Of a stretch of 64,000 nt of DNA, positions 29,052-39,437 are shown one piece after another (position 1 is the stretch's first letter; each line of letters begins with the position of its first letter). Location of the stretch: NCBI GenBank assembly GCA_041946735.1, contig JBHGAY010000029.1, positions 1-64,000 of the forward strand, in the 5' to 3' direction. Position numbers and translations under genes: made by a program. Origin of the DNA: Candidatus Eiseniibacteriota bacterium (GTDB lineage: Bacteria; Eisenbacteria; RBG-16-71-46; CAIMUX01; VGJL01). Below the pieces are notes generated by a model, which worked only from the letters and a program-made list of their open reading frames with translations, ran no database searches and had not been told where the DNA came from.

Positions 29052-32000
29052 GCCGCCTCGGCCGCCGTGCGGCGCAACCGCCGCCAGCGCGTCACCTGAA
29101 GCCAGTGGAACAGTACCGGAATCAGAAGGTCAATCACCTCGTCGGCGACGAGAAGGCCGCCGAGCACCGGCGCGACCATCGGCCGCATCACCTCGGCTCC
29201 CGTCCCGTGCGCCCACAGCATCGGGACCAGCCCGACGATCGCGACCGCCTCGGTCAACAGCTTCGGACGCAACCGGTGCACCGCCCCCTCCATCACCGCG
29301 TCGCGGACCTCCTCCTCGCTGCCGATCGCCGCGAGCCCGCCGCGCCGCGCGATCGCATCGCGCAGGTACACCATCATCACGATCCCCGTCTCGGTCGCCA
29401 TGCCGAAGGCGGCGATGTACCCGACCCAGACGGCGACGCTGAAGTGGAATCCGAACAGCGTCTGGAAGATCACCCCGCCGACCAGCGCGCCCGGCACGGC
29501 GAGCACCATCAGCAGCGCCTGCGACACGTCGCGGAACGTGAGGTAGAGGATCAGCAGGATCAGGACGATCACCGCCGGGAACACGATCTCGAGCGTCTTC
29601 TTCGCGCGCACCTGATGCTCGAACTGCCCGCTCCACTCGAGGAAGTATCCCTGCGGCAGGCTCACCTTCTCGCGGACGACGCGCTGCGCGTCCTCGACGA
29701 AGCCGACCACGTCGCGGTCGCGCACGTTGAGCTGCACGTAGGCGCGGAGCATCCCGTTCTCGCTCTGGATCATGCTCGGTCCCTGAACCACCCGGATGTC
29801 CGCCACCTCGCGCAAGGGGACTTGAAGCGGTCCAGCGGGACCGGACCCGTTCAAGCTCGCCTGCCCCGCCGCCGCCGCGAAGTCGGGAGCGGATCCGCCG
29901 AGCGGGGCCGCCGGCATCGACGGAGCGCCTGCGCCGCCACTCCCCATCCCGCCCATGCCGCCGCTCGCAGACGCGGAGCTTCCACCGGACATGCCGCCCA
30001 TGCCGCCGCCGCCTCCGCCAGCCCCGCCGCTCGAGCCACCCGCACCGGCCGCTCCCCCGCCCATCGTCCCACCAGCCGCGCCGCCTCCCGGCGCCCCCGC
30101 CACTGACCCTGCCACCAGCACGTCGCCGATCGCCGTCTCGTCGTCGCGAAAGTCGCGCGCGTAGCGCACCCGCACCGGGAAGCGCCGGCGCCCCTCGACG
30201 GTCGTCGTGATCGTCTTGCCGCCGATCGCCGTCTCGATCACATCCTGCACGTCGCCGACGTTGACTCCGTAGCGCGCCGCCTTCTCGCGATCGACGCGGA
30301 TGTCGAGGTAGTTCTCGCCGACGATCTGGTCCGGGAAGACATCGACCGCGCCCGGCACGCCGCGCAGCACGCTCGCGACCTCCTGCGCGACCTTCTGGAT
30401 CCCGTCGAGGTCGGTCCCGAAGACCTTCACGCCGACCATCGTCCGCACGCCGGTCGCGAGCATGTCGATCCGGTTGATGATCGGCTGGGTCCAGATGTTC
30501 CCCCAGCCCGGCATCTGGAGCGCCGTGTCCATCTCCTGGACGAGCTGGTCCTTCGTCTTCCGCCAGAGGAAGAGCTTGCGCGTGAGCGGCTTCTCGCGCG
30601 CCGACCAGATCGCCGCGAGGTCGTCCTCGGTCGGATCGCGCCGCGACAGCCCGCGCGCGTCCGCCTTCGCCTCGAGCGAGACGGCGAGCGAGGTAGCCAG
30701 CTCGTGCGGCGCGACGTCGGAGAGGGCGTAATCGATCTCCCTCGTCCGCTTCTTCCACAGGCGGAACGACTCCTCCTCGAGCCGCTCCTTCGTGCGCGCC
30801 TCGAACCCCTGCTCTTCCTTGCCGAGGACGGTCCGCAGCGGGGCGAGCGCGAAGTCGAGCGGCGAGCGCCCGAGCCGGAACGGGTCGGCCACGCTCGGAT
30901 CGACATAGCCGCGCCGCGCGAGCGAGTCGCGCGCTGCCTGCAGGAAGGACGAGACATCGGAAGCGGAGATCCTCTCGACGAAGCGCGCGCCGAAGCCGCC
31001 CCCGCCGCTCGCGCCGCCCCCGCCGGCACCCGCCGGCTCCGTCCCGGCGCCAGCCCCCGCGAGCGTCCCGGCCAGCTCCTCGCGCATCCCCTCCGGCACC
31101 GGCCGCACCAGCGCATGCCGCGCGTCGAGCTGCGCCACCAGCTCGTCGATCCCCTTCGCCGCGAGATCCCGCGTCAGGACCGGCTCGAACGCCTGCTGCT
31201 CTTCCTCGGCCCGCCGCCGCAGCGTCTCGTCGATCCCGCCGATCGCCTCCATCGTCGCCTCGTTGCGCAGCGCCTCCGCGTCGTCCTTCTCGATGCCGGG
31301 ACTCACGATCCCCCGCTCCTGCAACAGCGCCAGCACCTTCCCCGACTCCTCATAGGCATCGTCGAAGCGCACGTGCCGCTTCGGCCAGTGCGCCGTCGGA
31401 CGCAGGTTCACGACGGTCTCGATCATGTCGAGCGGCGCCGGATCGGTCGGCGTGTCGGCGCGCCCCGCCTTGCCGACCACGATGTCCGTCTCGGGGAAAG
31501 AGCGGAGCACGGTGTCCCGCACCCGGATGTCGTCGCGCACCTGCACGGCGGACGCGTTGGGCACGGTCACCGGCATCTCCAGGATCGTCCCTTCGTTGAG
31601 CGGCGGCATGAACTCGCGCCCGAGCTGCTTCGACAGCCCGAATCCGATTCCGAGCAGCACGACGAACGACCAGACGAACGGCTTCGGATGCCGCATCAGG
31701 AACGCGAGCACCGGGCGGTAGATCTCGATGAACGAGCGGACGAGCGGATTGTCCGTCTCGCTGTGCAGCCGCCCCTTCAGGAAGATCGGCAGCAGCGCCG
31801 GCACGAGCGTGATCGAGAGCAGCGCGACGCCGATCATCGCGAAGGTCTTCGTGAAGGCGAGGGGATGGAACATCTTCCCTTCCATCCCGGACAGCGCGAA
31901 GACCGGCAGGAACGAGAGCAGCATGATCAGGATCGAGAAGAAGATCGGCGCGCCGACGAGCTGCGTCGCCCGCTCCACGATCGGACGGATGTCGCCGGTC

Positions 32001-33268
32001 ACCTTGTTCCTGCCGAAGACGCGCGTCAGCTCGTGCGAGGCGTTCTCGACCATCACGATCGCCGCGTCGACCAGGATCCCGATCGAGATCGCGATCCCGG
32101 AGAGCGACATGATGTTCGACGGAATGCCGAAGAGCCTCATCAGGATGAACGACACGAGCACCGCGAGCGGCAGGGTCAGCACGACCACGAACGCGCTGCC
32201 GACGTGCGTCAGGATCAGGAGGATCGCGATCGAGGCGATCACCATCTCCTCGGTCAGCGTGCGCCGCACCGTGTGGATCGCCCCCTCGATCAGCCGCGTC
32301 CGGTCGTAGAACGGGACGATGCGCACTCCCTCCGGCAGACCCGGCTGGAGGTCCGCGATCTTTTTCTCGATCCGCTTCGTGATCTCGAGCGGATTCTCGC
32401 CGTAGCGCATCAGGACGACGCCGCCAACAGCCTCTTGCCCGTTCTTCTCGAGGACGGAGCGACGGGCTTCGGGCGCGATCTGCACCGAGCCAACCTGCGC
32501 GACCGTGACCGGCACGCCGTTTCGCTCGGCAACGACGATGCGGCCGATGTCGGAGAGCCCCTCGATCCAGCCGACGCCGCGCACCAGGTACTCGGAGCCT
32601 TCCTGCATGAAGACGTTGCCGCCGACCGCCGAGTTGCTTCGCGAGACCGCGCCGATCACCTCGCCGAGCGTGATGCCGTAGGCGCGCAGCCGGTTCGGAT
32701 CGAGCGCGATCTCGTAGCTCTTCACGAACCCGCCGACGCTCGAAACCTGCGCCACGCCCGGCACGGAGTTCAACTGGTAGCGGACGTACCAGTCCTGGAT
32801 CGCCCGCAGCTCGCCGATGTCCTTGCCGCCCCCTTCCACCGTGTACCAGTAGATCTGTCCGAGCGCAGTGGCGTCGGGCGCGAGGTACGGCACGACTCCT
32901 TCGGGCAGGAAGGTCGACGCAGTGGAGAGCCGCTCGAGGACCCGCTCGCGCGCAAAGTAGAAGTCGACCTTGTCCTCGAAGATGATGTTGATCATCGAGA
33001 AGTTGAACTCGGAGGTCGAGCGCACGGCCTTCACGCCGGCGAGCCCTTGCAGGTTGACCGAGAGCGGATAAGTGACCTGGTCTTCGATCTCCTGTGGCGA
33101 GCGCCCCATCCAGTCGGCGAAGACGATCACCTGGTTCTCGGAGAGATCGGGGATCGCGTCGACCGGCGTGCGCGCAACGCTGTAGAGCCCGGCGAGGATC
33201 AGCGCCAACGCTCCTGCGATGACGAGGAACCGGTTGCGGATCGAGAAGGAAATGATGCGCGGGATCAA
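29048..33268 (-). CDS. cusA: CusA-type heavy-metal RND efflux pump, 1406 aa with large insertions
   Basis: [30 protein letters not shown], Met triad contexts FMPPLNEG / PLDMIET / RIDMLATG, and [11 protein letters not shown] start overlaps the cusB TGA. Confidence 0.93.
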   Translation of the reverse strand: MIPRIISFSIRNRFLVIAGALALILAGLYSVARTPVDAIPDLSENQVIVFADWMGRSPQEIEDQVTYPLSVNLQGLAGVKAVRSTSEFNFSMINIIFEDKVDFYFARERVLERLSTASTFLPEGVVPYLAPDATALGQIYWYTVEGGGKDIGELRAIQDWYVRYQLNSVPGVAQVSSVGGFVKSYEIALDPNRLRAYGITLGEVIGAVSRSNSAVGGNVFMQEGSEYLVRGVGWIEGLSDIGRIVVAERNGVPVTVAQVGSVQIAPEARRSVLEKNGQEAVGGVVLMRYGENPLEITKRIEKKIADLQPGLPEGVRIVPFYDRTRLIEGAIHTVRRTLTEEMVIASIAILLILTHVGSAFVVVLTLPLAVLVSFILMRLFGIPSNIMSLSGIAISIGILVDAAIVMVENASHELTRVFGRNKVTGDIRPIVERATQLVGAPIFFSILIMLLSFLPVFALSGMEGKMFHPLAFTKTFAMIGVALLSITLVPALLPIFLKGRLHSETDNPLVRSFIEIYRPVLAFLMRHPKPFVWSFVVLLGIGFGLSKQLGREFMPPLNEGTILEMPVTVPNASAVQVRDDIRVRDTVLRSFPETDIVVGKAGRADTPTDPAPLDMIETVVNLRPTAHWPKRHVRFDDAYEESGKVLALLQERGIVSPGIEKDDAEALRNEATMEAIGGIDETLRRRAEEEQQAFEPVLTRDLAAKGIDELVAQLDARHALVRPVPEGMREELAGTLAGAGAGTEPAGAGGGGASGGGGFGARFVERISASDVSSFLQAARDSLARRGYVDPSVADPFRLGRSPLDFALAPLRTVLGKEEQGFEARTKERLEEESFRLWKKRTREIDYALSDVAPHELATSLAVSLEAKADARGLSRRDPTEDDLAAIWSAREKPLTRKLFLWRKTKDQLVQEMDTALQMPGWGNIWTQPIINRIDMLATGVRTMVGVKVFGTDLDGIQKVAQEVASVLRGVPGAVDVFPDQIVGENYLDIRVDREKAARYGVNVGDVQDVIETAIGGKTITTTVEGRRRFPVRVRYARDFRDDETAIGDVLVAGSVAGAPGGGAAGGTMGGGAAGAGGSSGGAGGGGGGMGGMSGGSSASASGGMGGMGSGGAGAPSMPAAPLGGSAPDFAAAAGQASLNGSGPAGPLQVPLREVADIRVVQGPSMIQSENGMLRAYVQLNVRDRDVVGFVEDAQRVVREKVSLPQGYFLEWSGQFEHQVRAKKTLEIVFPAVIVLILLILYLTFRDVSQALLMVLAVPGALVGGVIFQTLFGFHFSVAVWVGYIAAFGMATETGIVMMVYLRDAIARRGGLAAIGSEEEVRDAVMEGAVHRLRPKLLTEAVAIVGLVPMLWAHGTGAEVMRPMVAPVLGGLLVADEVIDLLIPVLFHWLQVTRWRRLRRTAAEAA

Positions 33269-34926
33269 TGCTGGTGCCCGCCCTGGCCGCCGCCGTCGGC
33301 GTCCGGTTGCGTCATGTCCATGTCCGTGTCCATGTCCATGTCCTTGCCCGTCGCCGGCGCGCGGCTGCCGCCCGCGGCACTGCCGCTCGTCCCCGTTCCG
33401 CTCGCGCCGAAGTACGCGCTGCCCGCCGCGGGATTGAGCCGGCTCTCGGCATCCACCAGGAAGGCGCCGGCCGTCACGACGCGATCGCCCGCCCGCAGTC
33501 CCTCGAGGACCGGATAGTAGTCGCCCGCGACCGGGCCGAGCTTCACCTCGACCGCATCGAACGTCCCCGGCTCGCGCTCGAGGTAGACGACCTTCCGTGT
33601 CCCCGTGTCGATCACCGCCGAGCGCGGGACGGTCAGCGTCCCCGCGCCACCCGCCGGAGGAACCTCCTCCTTCACGAGGTCCATCCCGCACAGCGGGCAT
33701 TTGCCGGGACGGTCGGACACCCACTCGGCGTCCATGGGACAGACCCACCGCTCGGTCGCGGCAAGAGCATTCGAAGCAAGCGACGTCGTGGCGGCACCGC
33801 GGCCGCTGCCCGACCCCGCCTCCTCGATCCGGACGTCGACGTAAGCGCCAGGCCGCAGCTCGAGCTGCGGGTTCGGGACGTCGATCCGCAGGCGGACCGT
33901 CCGCGTGGACGACTCGAGAACCGGATAGACGAACGCCACCGTTCCCGCGTACTCGCGATCCGATCCGGACGGGCTCACTGTGACGCGCTGCCCCTGCTTC
34001 ACCTGATCGGCATCCGCCTCGTAGACGAACGCGGTCGCCCAGACGTGCGAGAGGTCGGCGACGGCGTAGAGGTCGCTCCCCTCGCTCACGTATTGCCCGG
34101 GGACCACCTTCTTCTCGGTCACGATCCCGCCGATCGGTGCATAGATCGTCGTCGTCGCAGACGGCTCGCCTCGCGCCTCCAGCGCCCGGATCTGCCGGTC
34201 CTCCATGCCCCACAGCTCGAGCCTGCGCCGGGCGGCGCCGACCAGCGAGGCGGCATCGGCCTGCACCGTCCCGCCCGCGTCCCGCAGCCGTTTCTGCGCC
34301 TGCACCGCGAGCAGGTACTCGTTCTGCGTCGAGATCAGCTCCGGGCTGTAGATCTCAACGAGCGGCGCGCCGGACGCGACCGGCTGGCCGGTGAAGTCGA
34401 CGTGCAGCCTCTCGATCCTTCCGCTTACGCGCGCGCTGATGCGCGCGGTTCGCCGCTCGTCGATCTCGATCGTCCCGACCGTGCGGATCTCGCGCTCGAC
34501 CGGCCGGTAGCCGACCTCGCTCGTCGCGACGTTGCCGAGCTCCATCCTGTACGGCGAGAGCTGCACGCGCGTGATCGTCCCGGACGGAAGCTCGGGCGCC
34601 TCGCCCTTGTGCCGGCGCGCGAGCGGCATCCCGCAGATCGGGCAGTTGCCCGGCGCGTCGCGCACGACGCTCGGGTGCATCGGGCAGTAGTACTCGTACT
34701 CCGACGCCTCGGCGATCGCCGCCTTCGTCGACTCGGGACGGGTCCACCGCTCCCAGTGGTTCGCGATGTTCTCCCAGTTCGCCGCGACGAGACCGGTCAC
34801 GACCATCAGGAAGATGAAGCGAAGCCGCACGTTCAGGATGCGGATCGCCGTCCAGATCTTCCGCCGCCGGCCGCTCTGCTCGCTCGTCATCTGCCCATCC
34901 TTCTTCTCATCCTTCTTCTCATCCAT
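33265..34926 (-). CDS. cusB: CusB-type periplasmic adaptor with two heavy-metal-binding domains
   Basis: YYCPMHP..CPICGMPL, IYSPELISTQNEYL, WVCPMD..CPLCGMDL, FLVDAESRL and a Met/Asp tail. Confidence 0.92.
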   Translation of the reverse strand: MDEKKDEKKDGQMTSEQSGRRRKIWTAIRILNVRLRFIFLMVVTGLVAANWENIANHWERWTRPESTKAAIAEASEYEYYCPMHPSVVRDAPGNCPICGMPLARRHKGEAPELPSGTITRVQLSPYRMELGNVATSEVGYRPVEREIRTVGTIEIDERRTARISARVSGRIERLHVDFTGQPVASGAPLVEIYSPELISTQNEYLLAVQAQKRLRDAGGTVQADAASLVGAARRRLELWGMEDRQIRALEARGEPSATTTIYAPIGGIVTEKKVVPGQYVSEGSDLYAVADLSHVWATAFVYEADADQVKQGQRVTVSPSGSDREYAGTVAFVYPVLESSTRTVRLRIDVPNPQLELRPGAYVDVRIEEAGSGSGRGAATTSLASNALAATERWVCPMDAEWVSDRPGKCPLCGMDLVKEEVPPAGGAGTLTVPRSAVIDTGTRKVVYLEREPGTFDAVEVKLGPVAGDYYPVLEGLRAGDRVVTAGAFLVDAESRLNPAAGSAYFGASGTGTSGSAAGGSRAPATGKDMDMDTDMDMTQPDADGGGQGGHQH

Positions 34927-34929
34927 CTC

Positions 34930-36327
34930 TCAGTCCCTCTCCCCGAGCAGCCGGCGGTCCCCCGCCGCGAGCCGCAAATCGACCAGGCTCTTCGCCTGAT
35001 CGGCGAGCGCCTGCGCGTACCGTGTCTGCGAATCGAAGAGGAAGCGCTGCGCATCGAGCAGCGTCAGGAAGTCCGCCCGGCCGTTCTCGTAGGCTGTCCG
35101 CGCGGATGCGAGCGCCAGATCCGCCTGCGGCAGGATCGTGCCGCGGTACAGCTCGACCGTCGCCCGCTGCGACTCGAGCATTGCCGCCTCCTCGCGCACC
35201 ATCCGGATCGCTTCGTTGCGCGCCTCGGTCTCGCGTCCCTGCGCCGCGGCCAGCTCCGCTTCCGCCTCGCGCCGCGCCGGACCGACCTTCGATCCGCGCC
35301 AGATCGGCAGCGTGACGCCGATCATCCCCATCCAGGAGTCGTCCATCTCCTTGTCGGCCATGTACTCGAGCCCGACGGTGAAGTCGGGCAGGCCGGCCTT
35401 GCGAGCGAGCGCGAGACTCGCGCGACGCGACGCCACCTCGCGGCGTTGCGCGGCCAGCATTGGCTGCTGCTCGAGCGCTTGCGCCTCGAGCAGCTCGATC
35501 GCGGGCGCCGCGATCACCGTCTCCTCGACGCGAGCGACGGGGAGCGGCGCGTCGGCCGGCTGATCGAGGAGCAGGTTCAGCCGCGCGCGGGCGGCGGGAA
35601 TCTGCGCGCGCAGGACGGCGAGACGCGAGTCGATCGACGAGGTCTCCACCATCCCGCGCAGGACGTCCTGCTGCCCGGCGGCACCCACCTCGTAGCGCGA
35701 CCGCGCGACCCCGGCCAGCAGCCTCGTGCTCTCCAGGTTCTGCTCGAGGATGTCGATCGAGCGTTGCAGCGCGTAGAGGTCGTACCAGGCGCGGCGCACG
35801 TCCGCGGCGACTTCGAGCTGCGCGCCGGTCAGCTCCTCGCGCTGCATCGCCGCCATCTCGGCCATCGACCGCCGCATCGCCCCCTGCTTGCCAGGGAACT
35901 CGAACATCTGCGTCACGCCGATCTTCGCCATCGGCGCGTTCGTGGGGCTGGGATTGCGGATCGGGGCGCCTTCGGAGGTGACGCTCAGCATCGGATCGGC
36001 CAGCGCCCCGGCCTGCGGCACCCGCTCCTCGCTCGCCCGCCAGGTCGACTCGGCCGCCTGAATCCGCGGATTGCGCTCGAGCGCGACCCGGACCAGGGAG
36101 TCGAGGACCGCCTCGGAGGAGACCGGGGCGGGCGCGGGGCTAGCGGGTGGCGGCTGCACCGCCTCGGTCGGGGTCTGGGCGACAACCGAGGTCTGGGCGA
36201 CAACCGGGGTCTGGGCGACGACCGAGGTCTGGGCGACGACGACGCCGGCCGGAGTCACCGCCGGGAGGACGAGAAGCCCGAGGCCAAGGAGCCGCTTCAC
36301 GGCTTGTCGTGGGATGGGATTGCGCAT
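34930..36327 (-). CDS. cusC: TolC/CusC-family outer-membrane efflux protein (alternative GTG start at 36300)
   Basis: ALERNPRIQAA, QAGALADP, QMFEFPGK and AYENGRADFLTLLDAQR. First gene of the cus operon. Confidence 0.88.
   Translation of the reverse strand: MRNPIPRQAVKRLLGLGLLVLPAVTPAGVVVAQTSVVAQTPVVAQTSVVAQTPTEAVQPPPASPAPAPVSSEAVLDSLVRVALERNPRIQAAESTWRASEERVPQAGALADPMLSVTSEGAPIRNPSPTNAPMAKIGVTQMFEFPGKQGAMRRSMAEMAAMQREELTGAQLEVAADVRRAWYDLYALQRSIDILEQNLESTRLLAGVARSRYEVGAAGQQDVLRGMVETSSIDSRLAVLRAQIPAARARLNLLLDQPADAPLPVARVEETVIAAPAIELLEAQALEQQPMLAAQRREVASRRASLALARKAGLPDFTVGLEYMADKEMDDSWMGMIGVTLPIWRGSKVGPARREAEAELAAAQGRETEARNEAIRMVREEAAMLESQRATVELYRGTILPQADLALASARTAYENGRADFLTLLDAQRFLFDSQTRYAQALADQAKSLVDLRLAAGDRRLLGERD
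36169..36240 (-). repeat. 18-bp tandem repeat x4 encoding VVAQT(S/P) at the CusC signal-peptide end
   Basis: cg(g/a)ggtctgggcgac(a/g)ac x4 on the + strand. Confidence 0.9.
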
Positions 36328-36341
36328 CGCAGGGCTCCTCA

Positions 36342-36357
36342 CGCAGGAGCCATGCCA
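36342..36357 (-). promoter_or_regulatory. sigma54 -24/-12 promoter of cusCBA-copA
   Basis: TGGCATGGCTCCTGCG (GG-N10-GC). Confidence 0.65.
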
Positions 36358-36471
36358 CTTCCCCGCTACCTGCCGGCCCGTCGATGCGATCGCTAAGAGG
36401 ACAGCCCGCAATCATTTGCACCACGCACACCAGCCGAACGACCCGCGCGCTCCCGCGCCTCGCCGCCCACC

Positions 36472-36518
36472 TGAAGAAACCTCTTCACCGCCGAGCGTGG
36501 GGTGGAGAATATTCTTCG
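36472..36518. promoter_or_regulatory. Paired palindromic enhancer (UAS) sites
   Basis: TGAAGA-AACC-TCTTCA (36472-36487) and TGGAGA-ATAT-TCTTCG (36503-36518), 31 bp apart. Confidence 0.6.
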
Positions 36519-37679
36519 ATGGCTGGCATCGCATCGGACATCCGCGCGGAACGCCTCGCAGGGAGGCGAGCTGCCGCTTCCTGGGGCTACGATCTCGCGA
36601 TCGCCGCCGCGATTCTGGCGATCACCGCCCTCCACTACACGACCGGCGTCCACGCCCACCAGCTCCACGACATCTACCGCCGGCTCTACTACCTGCCGAT
36701 CATCCTCGCCGCATTCCACCGAGGACTGCGGGGCGGGCTGATCGCGGCCGTCTTCGTCTGCGCCATCTACTTCCCGCACGCGTTCCTCCCGAGCGTCCTC
36801 GGCCGAATGGCGCACGATCCTGCGACACCGACGCAAAAGGTGCTCGAGATGTTCCTCTATCTCGTGGTCGGCGGCCTGACCGGATTCCTCGTGTCTCGCC
36901 TTCAGGGGACGCAGCGCGCCCTCGAGACGACGGCCGGCGAGCTGCGCGAGAGCCTCGATCACCTACGCAGCGCCGAGGAGCAGCTCGTCCAGAGCGCCCG
37001 GCTCGCGGCTGTCGGCCATCTCTCCGCCGGCCTCGCCCACGAGATCCGCAATCCTCTCGCCTCGATCAAGGGCTCGGCCGAGATCCTCGCCGACGATTTC
37101 CCCGCCGAGCATCCCAAGCGGCGGCTGCTGCAGGTGCTGATCGACGAGTCGGTGCGGCTGAACGGCGTGCTGTCGCGCTTTCTCGCGTTCGCACGCCCGC
37201 GTCCGCTCGAACGCCGTCTCTTCGAGCTGGAGGACGAGCTTCGCACCGTGGTGCAGATGATGCAGGACCGCGACGACACTCGCTCGATTCGCTTCCATCT
37301 CCATTCCTGCGGGACGCCCACCGTCCGGATCTACGCGGACCGGGAGCAGCTCCGGCAGGTGCTGCTGAACGTCCTGCTCAATGCGGCGCAGGCGTCGGCC
37401 CCGGCGGGGCAAGTCGCCGTGAGCTGCGCCCGCGCGGACGGCGTCTGCCACGTCCGCGTCCACGACTCGGGCCCCGGTTTCTCGCCCGACGCGCTCGCGA
37501 ACCTCTTCACTCCATTCTTCACGACGAAGACGGAGGGGACCGGGCTCGGCCTCGCGCTCTCGCATCGCATCATCGAGGCGCACGGCGGGACGATCACCGG
37601 CGCCAACGATCCGGCCGGCGGCGGGATCGTCGAGATCTCGCTCCCGATCGAGGAGCGCAATCAAGGCGGAAAGGCCTGA
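36519..37679 (+). CDS. Sensor histidine kinase with His-rich intramembrane input
   Basis: LHYTTGVHAHQLHDIYRRLYYLPII, H-box LAHEIRNPL, N-box NVLLNAAQA, DSGPG, FFTTK and GTGLGL. Confidence 0.92.
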   Translation: MAGIASDIRAERLAGRRAAASWGYDLAIAAAILAITALHYTTGVHAHQLHDIYRRLYYLPIILAAFHRGLRGGLIAAVFVCAIYFPHAFLPSVLGRMAHDPATPTQKVLEMFLYLVVGGLTGFLVSRLQGTQRALETTAGELRESLDHLRSAEEQLVQSARLAAVGHLSAGLAHEIRNPLASIKGSAEILADDFPAEHPKRRLLQVLIDESVRLNGVLSRFLAFARPRPLERRLFELEDELRTVVQMMQDRDDTRSIRFHLHSCGTPTVRIYADREQLRQVLLNVLLNAAQASAPAGQVAVSCARADGVCHVRVHDSGPGFSPDALANLFTPFFTTKTEGTGLGLALSHRIIEAHGGTITGANDPAGGGIVEISLPIEERNQGGKA

Positions 37680-37692
37680 GGACCAGAGCGCC

Positions 37693-39114
37693 ATGGCCAG
37701 AATCCTCCTGATCGACGACGACCCGAGCTTTCGCGAGGTCCTGTCCTTCACCCTCGGCGAGGCCGGGCACGAGGTGGAGGCGATCGGCGACGGGCGCAAG
37801 GCGGTCTCGCTGCTCTCGAGCTTCCGTCCCGACGTCGTCCTGACCGACCTCAAGATGCCGGGGATCGACGGCATGGAGGTCCTGCGGCGCGTGACCGAGG
37901 CGGACGCGACCGTGCCGGTGATCCTGCTGACCGCCTTCGGGACGATCGAGGCAGCGGTCGAGGCGATGAAGGCCGGCGCCCACCACTACCTGACCAAGCC
38001 CTACAACCGCGACGAGCTGAAGCTCGCCGTCGCGCAGGCGCTCGAGTGGCGGCGCCTCCAGAAGGAGAACCGCGAGCTTCGCCATCGCCTGCGCGAGCGG
38101 GTCCGCGAGGACGAGGTGATCCATGCGTCCGAGGCGATGACGCGGATCCTCGAGATGGCGCGGCGCATCGCGCCGACCGACGCCAACGTCCTCCTGACCG
38201 GCGAGAGCGGGACGGGCAAGGAGGTCATCGCCCACTCGCTCCACGCCTGGTCGGACCGCTGGGAGGGGCCGTTCGTCGCCGTCAACTGCGCCGCGATCCC
38301 GAAGGACCTCCTCGAGTCGGAGCTGTTCGGTCACGTGCGCGGAGCCTTCACCGGGGCGACCAAGGACAAGCAGGGGAAGTTCCAGCGGGCCGACGGCGGG
38401 ACGCTCTTCCTCGACGAGATCGCCGATCTTCCGGCCGACATGCAGACGAAGCTCTTGCGCGCGATCGAAACGCGTCAGATCGACGTCGTCGGCGGGACGC
38501 ACCCGGTCCACGTCGACGCGCGCCTGATCGCCGCGACGAACGCGGACATCGAGGCGCGCGTGCGCGACGGCAGCTTCCGCAGCGACCTTTACTACCGGCT
38601 CGACGTGATACGCATTCACATTCCGCCGCTGCGCGAGCGACCCGACGACATCCCGGCGCTCTGGGAGCACTTCGTGCGTCGCTTTGCCGGGCCGAGCGAA
38701 GCGGTGCGCACGAGCCCGGAGCTGATGCGCGAGCTGATGCGGCGGCCCTGGCCCGGCAACGTGCGCGAGCTTGCGAACGTCTGCCAGCGGATGGTCCTGT
38801 TGCGGCGCGGCGACACACTCACCCTGGACGATCTTCCGGTGGGACGAACGGGCGAAGTACCGCTTCCCATCGCCGGCGAGGCGAATGAGGCGACGGCGGA
38901 GGGCGTGCCTCCTGCTCGTGCCGGCGAATCGACGATCGCGGACGCGCTTCTTCGCGAGCTTCCCGAGGACCGGCTCCCGCTGATCGAGCTGGAGCGCGAG
39001 GTGATCGTCCGCGCGCTCGCGAAGCATGGCGGGAATCGGACGCGCACCGCGGAATACCTCGGGATCCCGCGCCATGTCCTCCTCTATCGTCTGGAGAAGT
39101 ACGGGATCGCGTGA
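37693..39114 (+). CDS. sigma54-dependent NtrC-family response regulator
   Basis: Receiver (IDDD, TDLKMPG), GESGTGKE, ESELFGHVRGAFTGA, LFLDEI, WPGNVREL and a Fis-type HTH. Confidence 0.95.
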   Translation: MARILLIDDDPSFREVLSFTLGEAGHEVEAIGDGRKAVSLLSSFRPDVVLTDLKMPGIDGMEVLRRVTEADATVPVILLTAFGTIEAAVEAMKAGAHHYLTKPYNRDELKLAVAQALEWRRLQKENRELRHRLRERVREDEVIHASEAMTRILEMARRIAPTDANVLLTGESGTGKEVIAHSLHAWSDRWEGPFVAVNCAAIPKDLLESELFGHVRGAFTGATKDKQGKFQRADGGTLFLDEIADLPADMQTKLLRAIETRQIDVVGGTHPVHVDARLIAATNADIEARVRDGSFRSDLYYRLDVIRIHIPPLRERPDDIPALWEHFVRRFAGPSEAVRTSPELMRELMRRPWPGNVRELANVCQRMVLLRRGDTLTLDDLPVGRTGEVPLPIAGEANEATAEGVPPARAGESTIADALLRELPEDRLPLIELEREVIVRALAKHGGNRTRTAEYLGIPRHVLLYRLEKYGIA

Positions 39115-39170
39115 TTCGTCGAGTCGAGCGAGTCGACGAGCGTGTCGACCCACGGGCTGGAGAACGCGAC

Positions 39171-39229
39171 TGTGGAGAATCCTACGGGGCGGGGACCGCG
39201 CGGCCCGCGTTGCTGGAGAGCTTTCTACA
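39171..39229. promoter_or_regulatory. Second pair of palindromic enhancer (UAS) sites
   Basis: TGTGGA-GAAT-CCTACG (39171-39186) and TGGAGA-GCTT-TCTACA (39214-39229). Confidence 0.55.
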
Positions 39230-39324
39230 GCACGAGAAGAGGCGCGGGCGGGGACGCCGGTCGTAGCGCGCGTAAGTCCTTGAGAATCGAGCGATCGTGA
39301 GCGGGCGGGTGATGCTGGCGCGAT

Positions 39325-39340
39325 TGGCCCGATCCCTGCT
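39325..39340 (+). promoter_or_regulatory. sigma54 -24/-12 promoter
   Basis: TGGCCCGATCCCTGCT (GG-N10-GC). Confidence 0.6.
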
Positions 39341-39437
39341 CGAACACCGACCGGAACTTGCCGCGACCGGCCTGTGAGTGTCCCAGGCGGGCGGGCAGAA
39401 ACGCGGGAAGGCGAAGAGGAAGGAGAAGGAGATTTCG

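Noticed and set aside
33269..34213. 315-aa N-terminal extension of CusA (1721-aa ORF)
   Set aside because: It overlaps cusB in another frame. CusA similarity starts at TTG 33268.
39115..39150. TCGA-rich stretch gtcgagtcgagcgagtcgacgagcgtgtcgac
   Set aside because: Short and irregular, and TCGA is common throughout the window.
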